Shown here piece after piece: positions 36,703 through 47,342 of a stretch of 64,000 nucleotides of DNA. The position numbers and the translations under genes are program-made. The notes beneath the pieces are model-generated. The model saw only the letters and a program-made list of their open reading frames with translations, made no database searches and was not told where the DNA came from. Location of the stretch: positions 96,001 to 160,000 of the IMG/VR virus record IMGVR_UViG_642918914_000001; one strand, given 5' to 3'. Positions within the stretch are counted from its first letter, which is position 1. Every line of letters starts with the position of its first letter. Source of the stretch: a virus (Duplodnaviria > Caudoviricetes).

Positions 36703-38199
36703 TCAATACTTGATGATGTAGTTCATGGCCACGTTCTTAGGGGTGGTCTCGGCGCCGCCATTAACCAAGGTGCCAATACCGGTGACGTTGCCGTAGATAC
36801 CGATGCCCGTCCCGACTGCTGCTGTAGTTTCGGTGAATTGGAATTCGCCGCCACCGTAGCGCGCACTTGGCACGTAACACGAGGTATCGCCACCCGACTG
36901 ACGAAGGGTACCCAGTGTCCATGTGTGACTATGGCCTGGATCGTACACTCCGTGCGCGTGTCCCGGATCAGACACTGCGTGATTGTGTGAGCGGAAGGCA
37001 TCACCCTGATAGGTACCGAACACTCGGCCAGGATCCTGTCCACGTCCATTGTCCCAGCCTCGCACGAACACACCGCGCAGATCAGGCAGGTTGAACGTGG
37101 TGCTGCCGTTCCCGACACCATACGTCGTACCAATGACGGAGTACAGACTTGCGAACCCTGTTCGACTGATAGCAGCCGCGTTGCAAGCAAGGTATCCAGC
37201 TGGGATCGTGGTGCCTGCAAACGGCAGAATGGTACCCGGCGGAACCAACTGAGGCGGGTTCAGAATCTGATCGTAGAACAGATTCAGGCCCTCAACGTCG
37301 CAGCGGTACAGAATGACGTTGGACCCCACTTGCGGAGTATTCGGCAACGGTACATTGTTGTACGTACCGTCGTTCGTCACATTCAGGTTGAATCGGTAAT
37401 TGGAGCCGCTCGTCTGAACGTTGTTCACAGAACGGAAATAACCATCAGCAGTCTGCAGCAAGAATCCACGGTTTCCAACGGTGAGGTCTTGTGTGTTGAG
37501 TCGACTTGCCGCGATTTCCACCCATGAGGTACTGGCGTTGACTACTGGGAACGTCGTCGCGTTCAGATTACCCGCACGACTTCCCAGATAACGACGATAT
37601 GGAGTCCCCACGTTCGCCCACGAGCTCGCATTATTCTGCTCCAACAGCGACGCTTCTCCGTATGCCGACAGTTCGTGGATAGCCAGCAGCGGGGTAAGCG
37701 GATTTGCCATCAACGCAGGCGGTGCCACATCGGACCACTGGTAGATGTCGATGACCTGCGGTGCACCGGTCGGCGTCACGATTTGGAAGACGGCGGTGGA
37801 CTGGGCCAGCCGCAGCAGGCAGTTCAACACGTAAGCCGACGCGACATTGGTGCCCAACGAGCTGAACTTGGTCTGCGGCGTATTGAACACAGCCTTGGCG
37901 AACATCGTGCCATCACTCATGAACAGGGCCACTTCACCGAACTGCCACGGACCTGCATCGGGTGGGATCGTACACACAACGTTCAGCGTATTGCCGCTCA
38001 CGTTCTGCCATGCGCTGGGAGCTGCTTGATACAGTAGACTGCCGTTGATGTCAACGTCGGTTGGCTGAGGAGTGTATCCGTAGCCTGACCCAATCTTGAA
38101 GCTGTTGATCACCACGAAGATGCCGTGCTGTTGCGCGTTGGTGGCGGCTGCCAACCCCGCATTTGTGATGACCAGCAACGGACTGCTGAGATCTGCCAT
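36703..38199 (-). CDS. tail-collar domain fibre protein
   Basis: N-terminus ITNAGL..FGEVALF; collar PGTILPFAG..IPAGYL.CNAA.ISRT.FASL..VIGT.YG.GNGSTTFNLPDLRGVF.RGWD; HxH motifs; ET.PKNVAMNYIIKY. Confidence 0.9.
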   Translation of the reverse strand: MADLSSPLLVITNAGLAAATNAQQHGIFVVINSFKIGSGYGYTPQPTDVDINGSLLYQAAPSAWQNVSGNTLNVVCTIPPDAGPWQFGEVALFMSDGTMFAKAVFNTPQTKFSSLGTNVASAYVLNCLLRLAQSTAVFQIVTPTGAPQVIDIYQWSDVAPPALMANPLTPLLAIHELSAYGEASLLEQNNASSWANVGTPYRRYLGSRAGNLNATTFPVVNASTSWVEIAASRLNTQDLTVGNRGFLLQTADGYFRSVNNVQTSGSNYRFNLNVTNDGTYNNVPLPNTPQVGSNVILYRCDVEGLNLFYDQILNPPQLVPPGTILPFAGTTIPAGYLACNAAAISRTGFASLYSVIGTTYGVGNGSTTFNLPDLRGVFVRGWDNGRGQDPGRVFGTYQGDAFRSHNHAVSDPGHAHGVYDPGHSHTWTLGTLRQSGGDTSCYVPSARYGGGEFQFTETTAAVGTGIGIYGNVTGIGTLVNGGAETTPKNVAMNYIIKY

Positions 38200-38220
38200 G
38201 TTGAACCTCTAACGGTAGGA

Positions 38221-39339
38221 TTAGATTTGACGCGAAGAGCGGAAATTGAGAGGCACACCACTCTGCGACTTGATCAGATTGGTGATGTACTGGTTCAGGC
38301 CGTAGTTCAGATCGAACGCAATGGGATACGAGGCCAGACACGGCGTGCTGCCAGTCACAATCAGCGCACTGGTATCCGACCACGTCACGTCCAGCAATCC
38401 ACTGCCGCTGGACGAGTTGGTGGCCGTCGTCTGCAAGAAGATAGACTGTTGATTGTTGCCTGCGTAGTCAGCGTAGAACTTGATGAAGTTCTTGCGACAT
38501 GCGAGCTGAGCCGCGTTGCTGCCACTGGTGGCGGACACGAGAGTGCCCTGCACCTGGAACTGCGAAGCGAACTGATGCAGCTCGGTGCTGGAGCTGCGTG
38601 CCTGCACACCAAGGAATCCCCAGTAGGCAGTCGGGTCAGTGATGTTGACCACTGCGCCATCCAACTGCACATAACCACGAGCGTCGCCGTCCACCCCACG
38701 AACCATGTCCGACAGTCCAGTGTACAGACTGATCGACGGATTGCTGGGCGCCGCTGGCAGGTTGATTTGCACGCCGGAGAACACTACGTTGCCCGCGAAG
38801 CGGTTGATGCCTGACAGCTTGTTGAGGCCGGTTACCAGACTGGCAGTCGGCGTGATGATCGGTCGCTGCAGATCAGACATGAACGCGGGTACAGTAGTGC
38901 CGTTCACAAGCGGTCCGTTGAAATCGCCGTACTTCGGATCACCGTAGAACGTGAACATGATCTGTCCACCGTAGATGTTGAAGTCGTTGATCAGTGGATA
39001 CGTTTGGCCAGCGGCCAGCGCCAGCGTCACATTGCTGCGATACAGACTGTCGGGCGACGGGCCAATGACCTGCGACAGTGCGTAGTCGATGGTCTTGAAC
39101 GGTGCGGCCTTCGACCCGTTGTTGACGGTGTCAGCACCAGTCGCCGTATTCACGTAGTAGGTGCCGGTCAGCGCGCCACTGTACAGGCCGTTCTGGCTAC
39201 CGAACGCGGTCAGCACTTGAAGCCGATTCCCAGGATAGGTCGAGACCTGGATGGTGGTAGGATCCACTGTGTCTCCCGCGTCCATCGGCCGATGGACGGA
39301 GTTTGCAGCGTCGTAAAAGACTGGAGTACGTTGGGTCAT
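38221..39339 (-). CDS. baseplate/fibre-associated structural protein
   Basis: YYVN..TG.D...GS...PFKTI..AL motif; position between wedge and fibre genes. Confidence 0.6.
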   Translation of the reverse strand: MTQRTPVFYDAANSVHRPMDAGDTVDPTTIQVSTYPGNRLQVLTAFGSQNGLYSGALTGTYYVNTATGADTVNNGSKAAPFKTIDYALSQVIGPSPDSLYRSNVTLALAAGQTYPLINDFNIYGGQIMFTFYGDPKYGDFNGPLVNGTTVPAFMSDLQRPIITPTASLVTGLNKLSGINRFAGNVVFSGVQINLPAAPSNPSISLYTGLSDMVRGVDGDARGYVQLDGAVVNITDPTAYWGFLGVQARSSSTELHQFASQFQVQGTLVSATSGSNAAQLACRKNFIKFYADYAGNNQQSIFLQTTATNSSSGSGLLDVTWSDTSALIVTGSTPCLASYPIAFDLNYGLNQYITNLIKSQSGVPLNFRSSRQI

Positions 39340-39347
39340 GTCTTAGC

Positions 39348-40586
39348 TCAATCAGTGAGGTTCCAGTAGGGGCTAAGATATCCAGTGCCCCCTATGTCCG
39401 CAAATCCAGCAGGATTCGCCAGGATGTACTTGCGTTGTGCGCCGACCATCGCCGTGACCGCGGTGCCAATCGTCGACTGCGAAGGCGTAGCACTGTATCC
39501 AGGCACACGACCGGGACTGGTGGGCGACGTGGGAATCGGCACCCACGACACGGGACCCGCCAACAAGCGGAATCCGTTGACCTGTCCGTTGGTGCTGGCC
39601 CCGCCCATCACGTTGGTCGGCACGTCAGGACCAGTGGTCAGCTGCTGATCGGTGTACGAATACACCGGGAACTTCTTGTCACCCTGGATCAACCACGAGC
39701 TAGGTGCCGCCAGCATGTAGATAGACGGAGCGCCAGCAGGCATGTAGATCTTAGTGTTGACCGACGGATCAGTGCTGTAAGTGCTAGGTGGCGACGCACC
39801 GAAGCGCGCGAAGTTGGACATCGTGATGTCCTGCACCGCGTACATCGCAGCCGCGACGATGGTGGCCGTCGTGTAACCGGGCGCAATGTGGTCCACCATC
39901 CACAGGTCATAACTCAGATCGATCGACTGCAGGACAAGATTGTAGTTCGCAATCTCGTAGAAGAACAAGGCCAACGACGCTGGGTCGATCTGACGCAAAC
40001 CTCCTGCTGCGCTGATGCTCACATGCGACGTTGGGTACCACGTGCCTCCGTTCCAGATGGGAGTACCAATGCTGGGGTCGTTATCAGGCACGAACGACAC
40101 ATAGTCCTGCGTCCACAGGCGCTGCACTGTGAGCTGCACGCTGAGGCAGTAGTTGATGAAGTCGATGAACGACTGCGTGCCCTTGCCAAACCAATACTGA
40201 CCAATCCAGCGGCTGATGGTCTGATACTGATCGTCAGTGATAAGCCCCGCTGACTGCAGCTTCATGCCCAGCGCGTTCACCTGCTTAACTGCGATCGAGC
40301 GCTCGAACTGCGGCCAGTCGCTGAAGTCCAGCATCTGATTGGTGAGAATCTTCTGTTCAAGCGTGGGGTTCGTCACCCACATGTTGCGCAGATTGGCCAG
40401 GATCTCCGTCTTCTCATCGACAGCAGGACCCAGCACATCATCCAGCGACTGCGCGTAGTCCACATAGTATGGATTCTGCGACAGGTAAGGCGGCAACAGG
40501 ACTGACCGCGGAATGCGGTAGCCCAGTCGCTTATTCTCTTTCACGTCGGTCGACGGCTGATCCAACGTGTAGGTGAACATTCCCAT
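39348..40586 (-). CDS. baseplate wedge subunit (gpI/gp7-like)
   Basis: ...Y...KGTQSFIDF motif; directly downstream of the J/gp6-like gene. Confidence 0.6.
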   Translation of the reverse strand: MGMFTYTLDQPSTDVKENKRLGYRIPRSVLLPPYLSQNPYYVDYAQSLDDVLGPAVDEKTEILANLRNMWVTNPTLEQKILTNQMLDFSDWPQFERSIAVKQVNALGMKLQSAGLITDDQYQTISRWIGQYWFGKGTQSFIDFINYCLSVQLTVQRLWTQDYVSFVPDNDPSIGTPIWNGGTWYPTSHVSISAAGGLRQIDPASLALFFYEIANYNLVLQSIDLSYDLWMVDHIAPGYTTATIVAAAMYAVQDITMSNFARFGASPPSTYSTDPSVNTKIYMPAGAPSIYMLAAPSSWLIQGDKKFPVYSYTDQQLTTGPDVPTNVMGGASTNGQVNGFRLLAGPVSWVPIPTSPTSPGRVPGYSATPSQSTIGTAVTAMVGAQRKYILANPAGFADIGGTGYLSPYWNLTD

Positions 40587-42370
40587 TATTGGCCCCCAAG
40601 CAATCGGGTGGGATCCGCGTCAGTGATGGTCGGTTGCTGACGTTCGCTGTAGTAGGCGTTGACCGTGAGCGACGAAAGCGAGTTGTACCGGATCGGGAAT
40701 TCTCCGCTAGACGGCAGACCTCCTGACGGCGTGATGCTCCCGTTGTCCGTGAACGTGGTGCTGGTCGCAGGCACGTTCGCCAACAAACCCAAGCCTCCTG
40801 CCTGACGTCCCCACACTTGATACGAAGCGGCGCCCGCCACCGCAGGCCACGTCAGCGTGATCGCGTGGGTGTTGCCTGGATCAGTGATCTGCGGGAAGAT
40901 CCACTTCGTCGGATAACCGACGTCGCCGTTGGTGAGCGTAGTGCTTACCGCGTACGCATACACAAGCGGCCCCAACGTGCCCAGACTCGGAAGGATCGTG
41001 AACGTGGGCAGCGGGCTTTCGGGCGCTGTGACGATCATCGGACCAACCGGGCTGTTGACTCGAACGTACGACACTTGACCGGGACTGGCGTTGACCACCG
41101 TCTCGATCAGATCAGACGTGTAGAAGTTGGTCATCAGCAGGCCGGGGCGCGGCGCAAACAGATTTGTGAGCGCCGTAACGCTGTTCTGCTGAACCTGAGA
41201 GGGGATCGCCGAGTTGAACACGAATACATCCACGTTCACGTCCCGCGGAATTGCAATCGGGTCTTGCCACAGGAAGTATGCAGCATACATCGTCACCGAT
41301 TGGCAGTAATTGAGGAACGACTGGATCTGGTCCTGCGTCCACGGGCTGCTGGTAAGCGCCGACACGCGGATCACATTCATCCAGCGAACATCGCCTGGAT
41401 CAATCTCGCGCTGTGCCTGAGTCACAGCGTCCTTTACCCCTGGATACGTAGCGATCAACGCCTGATACTGCGACTTGGTGACCGCCGAGCTGTAGGTGCC
41501 GAAGCTGCCGGACGCCACGTTCTTGTAGGCGACGATCGACTTCTCGCTGCTGCCACCTGTCGGGTTTGAGGTAGCGACTCCGGTGATCGATGAGAAGCCG
41601 ACCACGGTCACTGCCTTGTTCAACGTGATGATCGAGTCGCCCGCCTGTCCCTGTGTGACCGGATAGCTGATGGTCACGATATCGTTGACCTGAGGGATCG
41701 TACCGAACTGGCCGCTGACCCCGCCCAAGTTGCCGAACACCGTGATCAGACGACCGTCCGACAGCGTGAGGTCGGCGAACGCAGGCAATCCGTCGTAGTT
41801 CCACAGCGTGCCGAACGACTTGGGAATGAACGTGCCGTTGACTTGCACCCAGACGTCCTGGTCCGAGATCACAAAGCTGTCCTGAGTCGAAACCCATGTC
41901 TGCCGTTCGGTGCCCAAACCTGCCATGCCATAGCTGTAGATCTGGCCTTCGTACAGCGTAACCGTGGTCGGGCTGTTTGCCGCCAGCGTCAGCTGCTGAC
42001 GGTTGAAGAAGTAGTTCCCAGCGCAGCTGAATTGAGTCAGCGGGGGAATGGAAACAACGCTGGAGCTGGTCAGCGTCACGGTCATCGCGCTCGGCAGCCA
42101 GCGTGTGATGCGCAGCCCCTGCATCTGCGCGATGGACAGGATGGCGTCATCGGACAGTGCAGTTTCCGCGTACGCATCCTCGTACGAACGACGGATACGA
42201 CCCTGCGCAAAAGTGCCGACGGCCGACGCGAAATCGACGAGCGTGCTGCTGGTCTGGGTAGGCAGCGTGCCCTTCCAGCTTTGACGAGTCTGCAGGTTGG
42301 ACTGGAACTGCGAGACGAACTGATCGAAGTCGACTGTGGCGTCGCTCAGGGTGAGTACGGTACTTGGCAT
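40586..42370 (-). CDS. baseplate wedge subunit (gp6/gpJ-like)
   Basis: D+DQ...W..., AETA..DDAI..IA...G, FGN..G.IP, Y.VTQG..G, GGS..ES, AVT..QY. Confidence 0.8.
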   Translation of the reverse strand: MPSTVLTLSDATVDFDQFVSQFQSNLQTRQSWKGTLPTQTSSTLVDFASAVGTFAQGRIRRSYEDAYAETALSDDAILSIAQMQGLRITRWLPSAMTVTLTSSSVVSIPPLTQFSCAGNYFFNRQQLTLAANSPTTVTLYEGQIYSYGMAGLGTERQTWVSTQDSFVISDQDVWVQVNGTFIPKSFGTLWNYDGLPAFADLTLSDGRLITVFGNLGGVSGQFGTIPQVNDIVTISYPVTQGQAGDSIITLNKAVTVVGFSSITGVATSNPTGGSSEKSIVAYKNVASGSFGTYSSAVTKSQYQALIATYPGVKDAVTQAQREIDPGDVRWMNVIRVSALTSSPWTQDQIQSFLNYCQSVTMYAAYFLWQDPIAIPRDVNVDVFVFNSAIPSQVQQNSVTALTNLFAPRPGLLMTNFYTSDLIETVVNASPGQVSYVRVNSPVGPMIVTAPESPLPTFTILPSLGTLGPLVYAYAVSTTLTNGDVGYPTKWIFPQITDPGNTHAITLTWPAVAGAASYQVWGRQAGGLGLLANVPATSTTFTDNGSITPSGGLPSSGEFPIRYNSLSSLTVNAYYSERQQPTITDADPTRLLGGQ

Positions 42371-42377
42371 AGCTCGC

Positions 42378-42782
42378 CTACGGAATTAGGTTGAAGTTCA
42401 CCACCTGCCGATTCGATCGCAGATTCAAGGTAAAGGCAATCTGCACACGGTAGCCCGGCAGGCTGTAGTCTGGCAGGATGAACGTACTGCTTGTGTCGAT
42501 CGAGATGCGGGGTTCCCACGTCTGAATCGCCTGGATAGTCGACAGGTTCATCTTGTTGGCAGTCACATCGTCGATTGGTTCCTGTAGGAACTGAGTCCAC
42601 AGCGTACCGTACGTCGGGTTGAAGATTGGACCACGCGCACCAATCGGGCAGTTCAGAAGATTCGCCAGACTGTTGCGCACTGCGTATTCATCAGGCAGAA
42701 GATCGCCGCTACCGTCCAACGTGTAATACGTATTGGCGTCGATCCATACTGCCTGATCCCATTGTAGACCGGAGACTTGCAT
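42378..42782 (-). CDS. baseplate gp25/gpW-like protein
   Basis: AVRNSL.NLL....G.R..IFNPTYG......L.EP.D...I.AI..WEPRI. Confidence 0.85.
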   Translation of the reverse strand: MQVSGLQWDQAVWIDANTYYTLDGSGDLLPDEYAVRNSLANLLNCPIGARGPIFNPTYGTLWTQFLQEPIDDVTANKMNLSTIQAIQTWEPRISIDTSSTFILPDYSLPGYRVQIAFTLNLRSNRQVVNFNLIP

Positions 42783-42786
42783 ACGT

Positions 42787-43581
42787 TTAAGCCTGTTGAG
42801 GAGTGACCAAGGACGTACGAGTATCGCCACCCCCTTGAACGTTCGGCACATCGTGAACGTGGATGTCGTACAGGTGACGGAATTGACGTGCACTGAGTGT
42901 GTTACCGGTATCTGTGCTATCGGTCATATCACCGCCCGACGTCACAGTCTGGTCTGCGACGACCGGTCCGTGGAATTGATGAAGAGTGGCTGTGTACGTA
43001 GCGGTACCTCCTGCCTGGAAGTTGACGTTGCCGCTCGCTTGAATGCTGGCGTTGCCCGTCACGTTCACCTGCCAGTCACCATTGGAATTCGTTACGTCGC
43101 CGTTGACCGCGGTAATGCGCTTGCCATTGGCGTCGATATTGATGACTGCACCGCCCGCCGTCACGAACTTGTAAGTGTGCGCAGCCAGATCGTAGATGAC
43201 GATATTGCCGTCAGGGTCTTGGAATCCCCACACGTGAGCATTGGCAAACTGTGGAGGGACTGCAGGTGCCGTCAGCAGGTTGGTGTACAGCGGCTGATGT
43301 GGATCACCATCTTGCAGCTCCACCTTCACAGTGGATCCTGCTGGAGGCGTGCCGAACACTCCATACGGACCCTTAGCCCCAACACCAAATCCGAACGGAC
43401 TGTCCTTCAGCGGACCTACCCACGGCACTTCACCTGCGGACGCGTCAAACAGGCCGGGCACGTTGGCCTGAACGCGGCCCATGCCCGTTGTGTCTTGTTG
43501 ACCTGCGACAGTTCCCAAATAGTAGCCATCGCTGTAGTCTTCGCTTCCCTCGATCTGATCGTTGACTGTTTGGAAACTCAT
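42787..43581 (-). CDS. baseplate spike (gp5/gpV-like)
   Basis: G.V....D..GMGRVQA.VP..., P..GS.V.V....GD...P.Y OB-fold; beta-helix; C-terminal H-x-H (IHVH). Confidence 0.85.
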   Translation of the reverse strand: MSFQTVNDQIEGSEDYSDGYYLGTVAGQQDTTGMGRVQANVPGLFDASAGEVPWVGPLKDSPFGFGVGAKGPYGVFGTPPAGSTVKVELQDGDPHQPLYTNLLTAPAVPPQFANAHVWGFQDPDGNIVIYDLAAHTYKFVTAGGAVINIDANGKRITAVNGDVTNSNGDWQVNVTGNASIQASGNVNFQAGGTATYTATLHQFHGPVVADQTVTSGGDMTDSTDTGNTLSARQFRHLYDIHVHDVPNVQGGGDTRTSLVTPQQA

Positions 43582-43590
43582 AGCATCCTC

Positions 43591-44712
43591 TTACGCCGAC
43601 TTGTACTGCATGTTCGTGCCCTGACGCACGCCCAGGATCTTCTCACCAAACGACGCACCCTGAACGAACAGCGCCTGCGCGGCGATCGTGTACTCACCTG
43701 CGTATGCGGTGTCCGACTTCTGATTCTCTGCGTCCACCGCGAAGGTGAACTTGTCGAACAGATTGAAGGTGGTCGGAGTCAGCATCAGGAACTCGACCGC
43801 CGTGTTGTACAGTGCTGCGAACCGTTGATTCTGATAGCGTGCCTGCTCGTAGGCCGGATGCGTGTTGCCGATGTCCAGCCCACCGTACGAACGATAGCCC
43901 GACACGATCTTCTGACTGATCGTTTGATTGAGCATGGGGCTCGTCACGTCGGGCACATAGGTGAGCTGCGACCAACTGTCAGTAGCCTGCGGATTGACCA
44001 GCGACTGGCCGTAGCGCGTGTGCTGGTAGCCCTGCATCTTGTTGCTCATGCCGCTGGCTGCAACCGGCTGATAGTCCATCGCCACGTAGGAGCCCGGCAC
44101 GATCTGGCCCAGAGTCACCTGCAGCTTAGACTTCGGCAGCTGATTGACGTTGCGATAGCGCAGCACACCGTCCAGCCCCAAACCCGCGACCATGTAGGAC
44201 GTGTTGTTGACGTAACCGCGAGCCACCACCGCCTTGACGAACTCAGCATACGAGCGATTGCGAGGCGTCCACAGTTGACTGTCGGTTGTCGACACACCGT
44301 CGTACTTCAGACCACACGTCGCTGCGATCTGCTTCAGCACCTCGTCTGAGGTTCCGCGAATGCTTGTGGTACTGGTGCCCGCCCAGTACAGAGGACTGTC
44401 CCAGTAGCCGTCAACATCATAGACGAAGCACTCACCGTTGAACGACTTCTTGTGATTAAATTTCCGAAAGCTGTACGTGCGCTGATCACCACCCAACGCA
44501 CGCAGGGTGATGGTCAGCGGGATGCCATCCTGCAGATTGAACGCGTCCATCGCGTGACGCGCATCCCCAATGACGAAGCGGCAAGTGGGAACACGAGTGC
44601 GCGTTGAACAGCCAATGTGCAGCATGTGCAGGAAGTTCAAGGTGTCGAGCGGAAACTCCACACCATCGATGAGGATCGTTACTTCCAACCGATCGGCTAC
44701 TGTGTATCCCAT
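43591..44712 (-). CDS. baseplate hub (gp27/gpD-like)
   Basis: Size and position upstream of the spike; TSDEVLKQIA..CGL motif. Confidence 0.6.
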   Translation of the reverse strand: MGYTVADRLEVTILIDGVEFPLDTLNFLHMLHIGCSTRTRVPTCRFVIGDARHAMDAFNLQDGIPLTITLRALGGDQRTYSFRKFNHKKSFNGECFVYDVDGYWDSPLYWAGTSTTSIRGTSDEVLKQIAATCGLKYDGVSTTDSQLWTPRNRSYAEFVKAVVARGYVNNTSYMVAGLGLDGVLRYRNVNQLPKSKLQVTLGQIVPGSYVAMDYQPVAASGMSNKMQGYQHTRYGQSLVNPQATDSWSQLTYVPDVTSPMLNQTISQKIVSGYRSYGGLDIGNTHPAYEQARYQNQRFAALYNTAVEFLMLTPTTFNLFDKFTFAVDAENQKSDTAYAGEYTIAAQALFVQGASFGEKILGVRQGTNMQYKSA

Positions 44713-44715
44713 GAC

Positions 44716-45060
44716 TCAGATGGTGATCGTTTGTTGACGGTTCGTTTGCTGACGGCTGATGAAGGCCAGCAGACTTGCCTTGCTTGGGATCTTCAACACG
44801 ACGCCGGGTTGCACATCGGTCAGGGGATCGCTCAGGCCGTTGTACGACAACAGAGCGTGCCACAGACTGGTGTCCGCATACAGATTGTAGGCCAAGCCCG
44901 GCAGATTGAATGCAGTGCTTGCGTCCAACGTCACTTGCTGCGACTGCTGAACGTTGAAACGGACGTTCTTGAAGCCAGATCGGAAGATGTCGATGTAGCC
45001 AGTGTTGTCCACCGGCGTGTACTTCGAGTAGTTGAAATCGCCAGAGTAGGTTCCGCTCAT
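44716..45060 (-). CDS. LysM-like baseplate protein (gp53/gpX-like)
   Basis: LAYNLY....LW..LL.YNGL.DP...V.PG..LKIP. Confidence 0.75.
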   Translation of the reverse strand: MSGTYSGDFNYSKYTPVDNTGYIDIFRSGFKNVRFNVQQSQQVTLDASTAFNLPGLAYNLYADTSLWHALLSYNGLSDPLTDVQPGVVLKIPSKASLLAFISRQQTNRQQTITI

Positions 45061-45071
45061 GCTCGTACTCC

Positions 45072-45986
45072 TTAGCCCAGATTGAAGACGCCAGCACGAC
45101 CACCGAGGCCCGAACCCAACAGCGCGCCGCTATTGCCTCGATTCAGGTACACGTTGTCCAGATCGTCTTGCGTCAGGACGAACATGGGCCGGAAGCCGAT
45201 GCCGACCTTCACGTGGTGCGGCAGGTGCGTCAGGCTGTCGAAGTTGCTGGAGAACGTCTGCGCGATGCGGGTGATCACCACGTTGTCGAACAGCAGATAT
45301 TCGCCAATCTGAATGCTGATGCGGTTGGACACCAGACTCTTCCAGTACTGAGCGCTGCCCAAGTTCGGGTTGTCGGTGGTGGATGTGACGCCCGCCGTGT
45401 TGTTCCCGTCAGTGGACTGCTGATTGGTGTTGATCATGGCACTCGGGTAGAACAGACCGCTGCCCAATCCAGTGCTCACTACCTTCGGATTGTAGTTGTA
45501 CGAGGCACTGGACGAGCTAGTGGTGCCCTGCTGCGTGAAGATGTTCTTGCCCTCGGTCAACGCGTCCTTCGCCAGTTTCTGAAGCTGAGCAAAGTCCAGC
45601 TGAGGACCGGGGCTGATGAGCAGTCCGCTTTCCTTGCTGATGCTGGGGGTCGTCATCTTCATCAGGTTGAGGATGGGCAGTCGCACGTCAGTCGCAGGAT
45701 CGTTTTCCGTGTGGAACTCAACCTCGAAATACAGGTCACCCGTCGTTGTGCCTTGCCACAACTGAGCGGTCAGCGACTGGACTGCGAGCTTCACACCCAT
45801 GACGGCGAGCGCGTTGTTCACCGTCTTGTTGTCGGTAATGCCTTGCGGCATCAGCGGTTCGTACGAAGAGTCGGTCTCAAACTGAATGCTGTCCGGCAGC
45901 GGAGCAGTCACAGAGATGTTGGGCTTGGAGCTGCCGGGCACGCCATACTGCTGGATGTACGCGAGATATGCTGAGTTCAGAGCCAT
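45072..45986 (-). CDS. baseplate/tail-tube initiator-like protein
   Basis: ISIQIG.YL.FDNVVIT.I..TFS...LP...KV...F pattern; position in tail module. Confidence 0.5.
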   Translation of the reverse strand: MALNSAYLAYIQQYGVPGSSKPNISVTAPLPDSIQFETDSSYEPLMPQGITDNKTVNNALAVMGVKLAVQSLTAQLWQGTTTGDLYFEVEFHTENDPATDVRLPILNLMKMTTPSISKESGLLISPGPQLDFAQLQKLAKDALTEGKNIFTQQGTTSSSSASYNYNPKVVSTGLGSGLFYPSAMINTNQQSTDGNNTAGVTSTTDNPNLGSAQYWKSLVSNRISIQIGEYLLFDNVVITRIAQTFSSNFDSLTHLPHHVKVGIGFRPMFVLTQDDLDNVYLNRGNSGALLGSGLGGRAGVFNLG

Positions 45987-45994
45987 GATGCATC

Positions 45995-47338
45995 CTATGA
46001 CGCGCTGTTGAGCGCAATCGTTGTGTTACGTGGCCCACGGACCAGAGTGCGGTCCTGCGGCTGATTCTGTGCGATTGTTGACGGTGTGGGGCGTGCTGTC
46101 CCGTTAGTGGCCTGTGGTGCGCCACGTGAGGTGGCGGCAATCGTCGTGCTGGGAGTCAGCACGTTAGCTCCCTGCCCGTACGTAGCGCGTTCCGCCTGCA
46201 ACACGTTCGCCATCTCTTGGGCTGAGATAGAAGCCCGGTTGCCTTGGATCCCGTCGTAGTACGACACACGACCATCGCTGATCTGACCATTGCGAATGCG
46301 ATAGCCAGCCGGAGCAGCGACCGACGCCCATTCTTGGGACAAGGCGAGCACCGCACCCCACAGGTCATCAGTCTGTCCGCGAACATAACGCATGACCTGC
46401 GTGCGAACCTGAGTCACCATGTACTCAAACGCTCGATTCTGGAACGCCTGATCGAACATCGTAGTCTGTGGATTGATGCCGAGACCGTGGACAACGGACG
46501 CGAGCGTGCCGCGAATGAACTGATAGCGGCCGACTGCGTTGTAGTTGCCAATGTCCTGCTGATGCTGAATCTGTGCCACCGTCATGTGGATCAGATCTTC
46601 GTGCCCTGCACGTCCCGCACGTGCACTGCGTGCGCTGTAGTTCACGCTGTTGTAGTCACCTTCGCCGCGTGAGATCAAAGCCTTCAGTCGACCAAGAGGT
46701 TCGCTGTCGCCGACACCGCCACGCACGGGACCAGCAACCGACGACGGAGCGGCCCCTACGGGAGTGGGCACCACTTGCGCGGAGCTTGGAGCAGGTGGCG
46801 TCGGGCTGATCTTCTCGGCGGTCTCTGGGAAGAAGCGACGCAGAACCGACATTGCCACCCAGCCCAGACCCGCAACACCTGCGATGATAGCAGCCGCGAT
46901 CAACACTTCCGGGGCCATGACTACGGCCACAACCCCTTCCAGCAACGGAACCAGCAGACTACGGGCGACGAACGACAGCGCGCCGCCCACAACGTCGAAC
47001 GCCAGCCACTTAACAGCACGCCACAACCCCATGAAGATGACGCGAGCCACTCCACGAGTAGCGATCCACGCGGCCTCCTTGGCCAACCAACGACCAACGC
47101 GACCCAGTAGCCCTTCTTCATTGTCAGGATCAGATTGCATCATCCGATCCATCCAATGCACAGCGCCCAGTGTGGCTAGGATATGATCTTCGGTCTCGGC
47201 GCGAGTGCGTGCGTTTTCCAGCAACTGCTGCATGTTGCTTGGGATTTGCGTGAAGAGGCGCGACTGCTCTTGCTCATCTTCAATCACATTTCCCACGTGT
47301 GGTTTGCCGTACGCAACGGCCAATTCCAAGAAGTCCAT
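45995..47338 (-). CDS. tail-associated lysozyme/muramidase domain protein
   Basis: LI..GEG.YN..N...T+.QI...AVGRYQFI..TL...FD...Q...EWAS; hydrophobic N-terminal half. Confidence 0.75.
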   Translation of the reverse strand: MDFLELAVAYGKPHVGNVIEDEQEQSRLFTQIPSNMQQLLENARTRAETEDHILATLGAVHWMDRMMQSDPDNEEGLLGRVGRWLAKEAAWIATRGVARVIFMGLWRAVKWLAFDVVGGALSFVARSLLVPLLEGVVAVVMAPEVLIAAAIIAGVAGLGWVAMSVLRRFFPETAEKISPTPPAPSSAQVVPTPVGAAPSSVAGPVRGGVGDSEPLGRLKALISRGEGDYNSVNYSARSARAGRAGHEDLIHMTVAQIQHQQDIGNYNAVGRYQFIRGTLASVVHGLGINPQTTMFDQAFQNRAFEYMVTQVRTQVMRYVRGQTDDLWGAVLALSQEWASVAAPAGYRIRNGQISDGRVSYYDGIQGNRASISAQEMANVLQAERATYGQGANVLTPSTTIAATSRGAPQATNGTARPTPSTIAQNQPQDRTLVRGPRNTTIALNSAS

Positions 47339-47342
47339 GATC

